Part shown: positions 64,000 to 64,000 of the stretch, piece by piece
How positions within the stretch are numbered: the stretch's first letter is position 1
Layout: every line of letters begins with the position of its first letter
NCBI GenBank assembly: GCA_913777515.1
Contig: CAJYSL010000266.1
Coordinates: 2,550 to 66,549 of the forward strand
Source of the DNA: an uncultured Mucilaginibacter sp.
GTDB lineage: Bacteria; Bacteroidota; Bacteroidia; Sphingobacteriales; Sphingobacteriaceae
DNA: 64,000 nucleotides
Direction of reading: 5' to 3'
Notes under the pieces: model-generated
The model's database searches: none
What the model saw: the letters and a program-made list of their open reading frames with translations, nothing else
What the model was told of the DNA's origin: nothing
Position numbers and translations under genes: made by a program

Positions 64000-64000
64000 A

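Noticed and set aside
1-64000. CRISPR array, rRNA, IS transposase or stop-codon recoding
   Set aside because: No spaced repeat array, rRNA-like tract or transposase ORF seen; phage genes are full length in the standard code

Overview
Bacteroidota DNA, most likely Sphingobacteriaceae (Mucilaginibacter-like; inferred from gene content and TAnnTTTG promoters). 1-3.0 kb holds host genes: the 5' end of thrS, a LutA/YkgE Fe-S protein, an MFS transporter and a receiver-only response regulator. 3461-40717 is an apparently intact ~37.2 kb siphovirus-type prophage integrated in the 3' end of tRNA-Leu(TAG), bounded by an exact 29-bp direct repeat with TGTGTCCC arm-type repeats near both ends. It carries immunity, replication, an accessory island (PIN nuclease, SRAP, small ORFs), two tRNAs flanking a structured 188-nt spacer, HK97-type head and tail genes, lysis genes, two Ig-domain proteins and a tyrosine integrase. 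40.9-64 kb is a host Wzx/Wzz/Wza-type surface polysaccharide locus. Best leads: (i) a CI-like repressor lacking its self-cleavage residues, plus CTAA-N5-TTAG SOS-like boxes before an orphan gene and before the capsid genes; (ii) an unannotated ribbon-helix-helix antisense operon inside the head module that shares a motif with the putative late promoter; (iii) a tRNA-fMet / structured RNA / tRNA-Thr cassette near a self-promoted PIN nuclease; (iv) an unrecognised ~180-aa domain duplicated in two Ig proteins, one fused to an SGNH esterase. Family assignments come from motif recognition by eye, not database searches.
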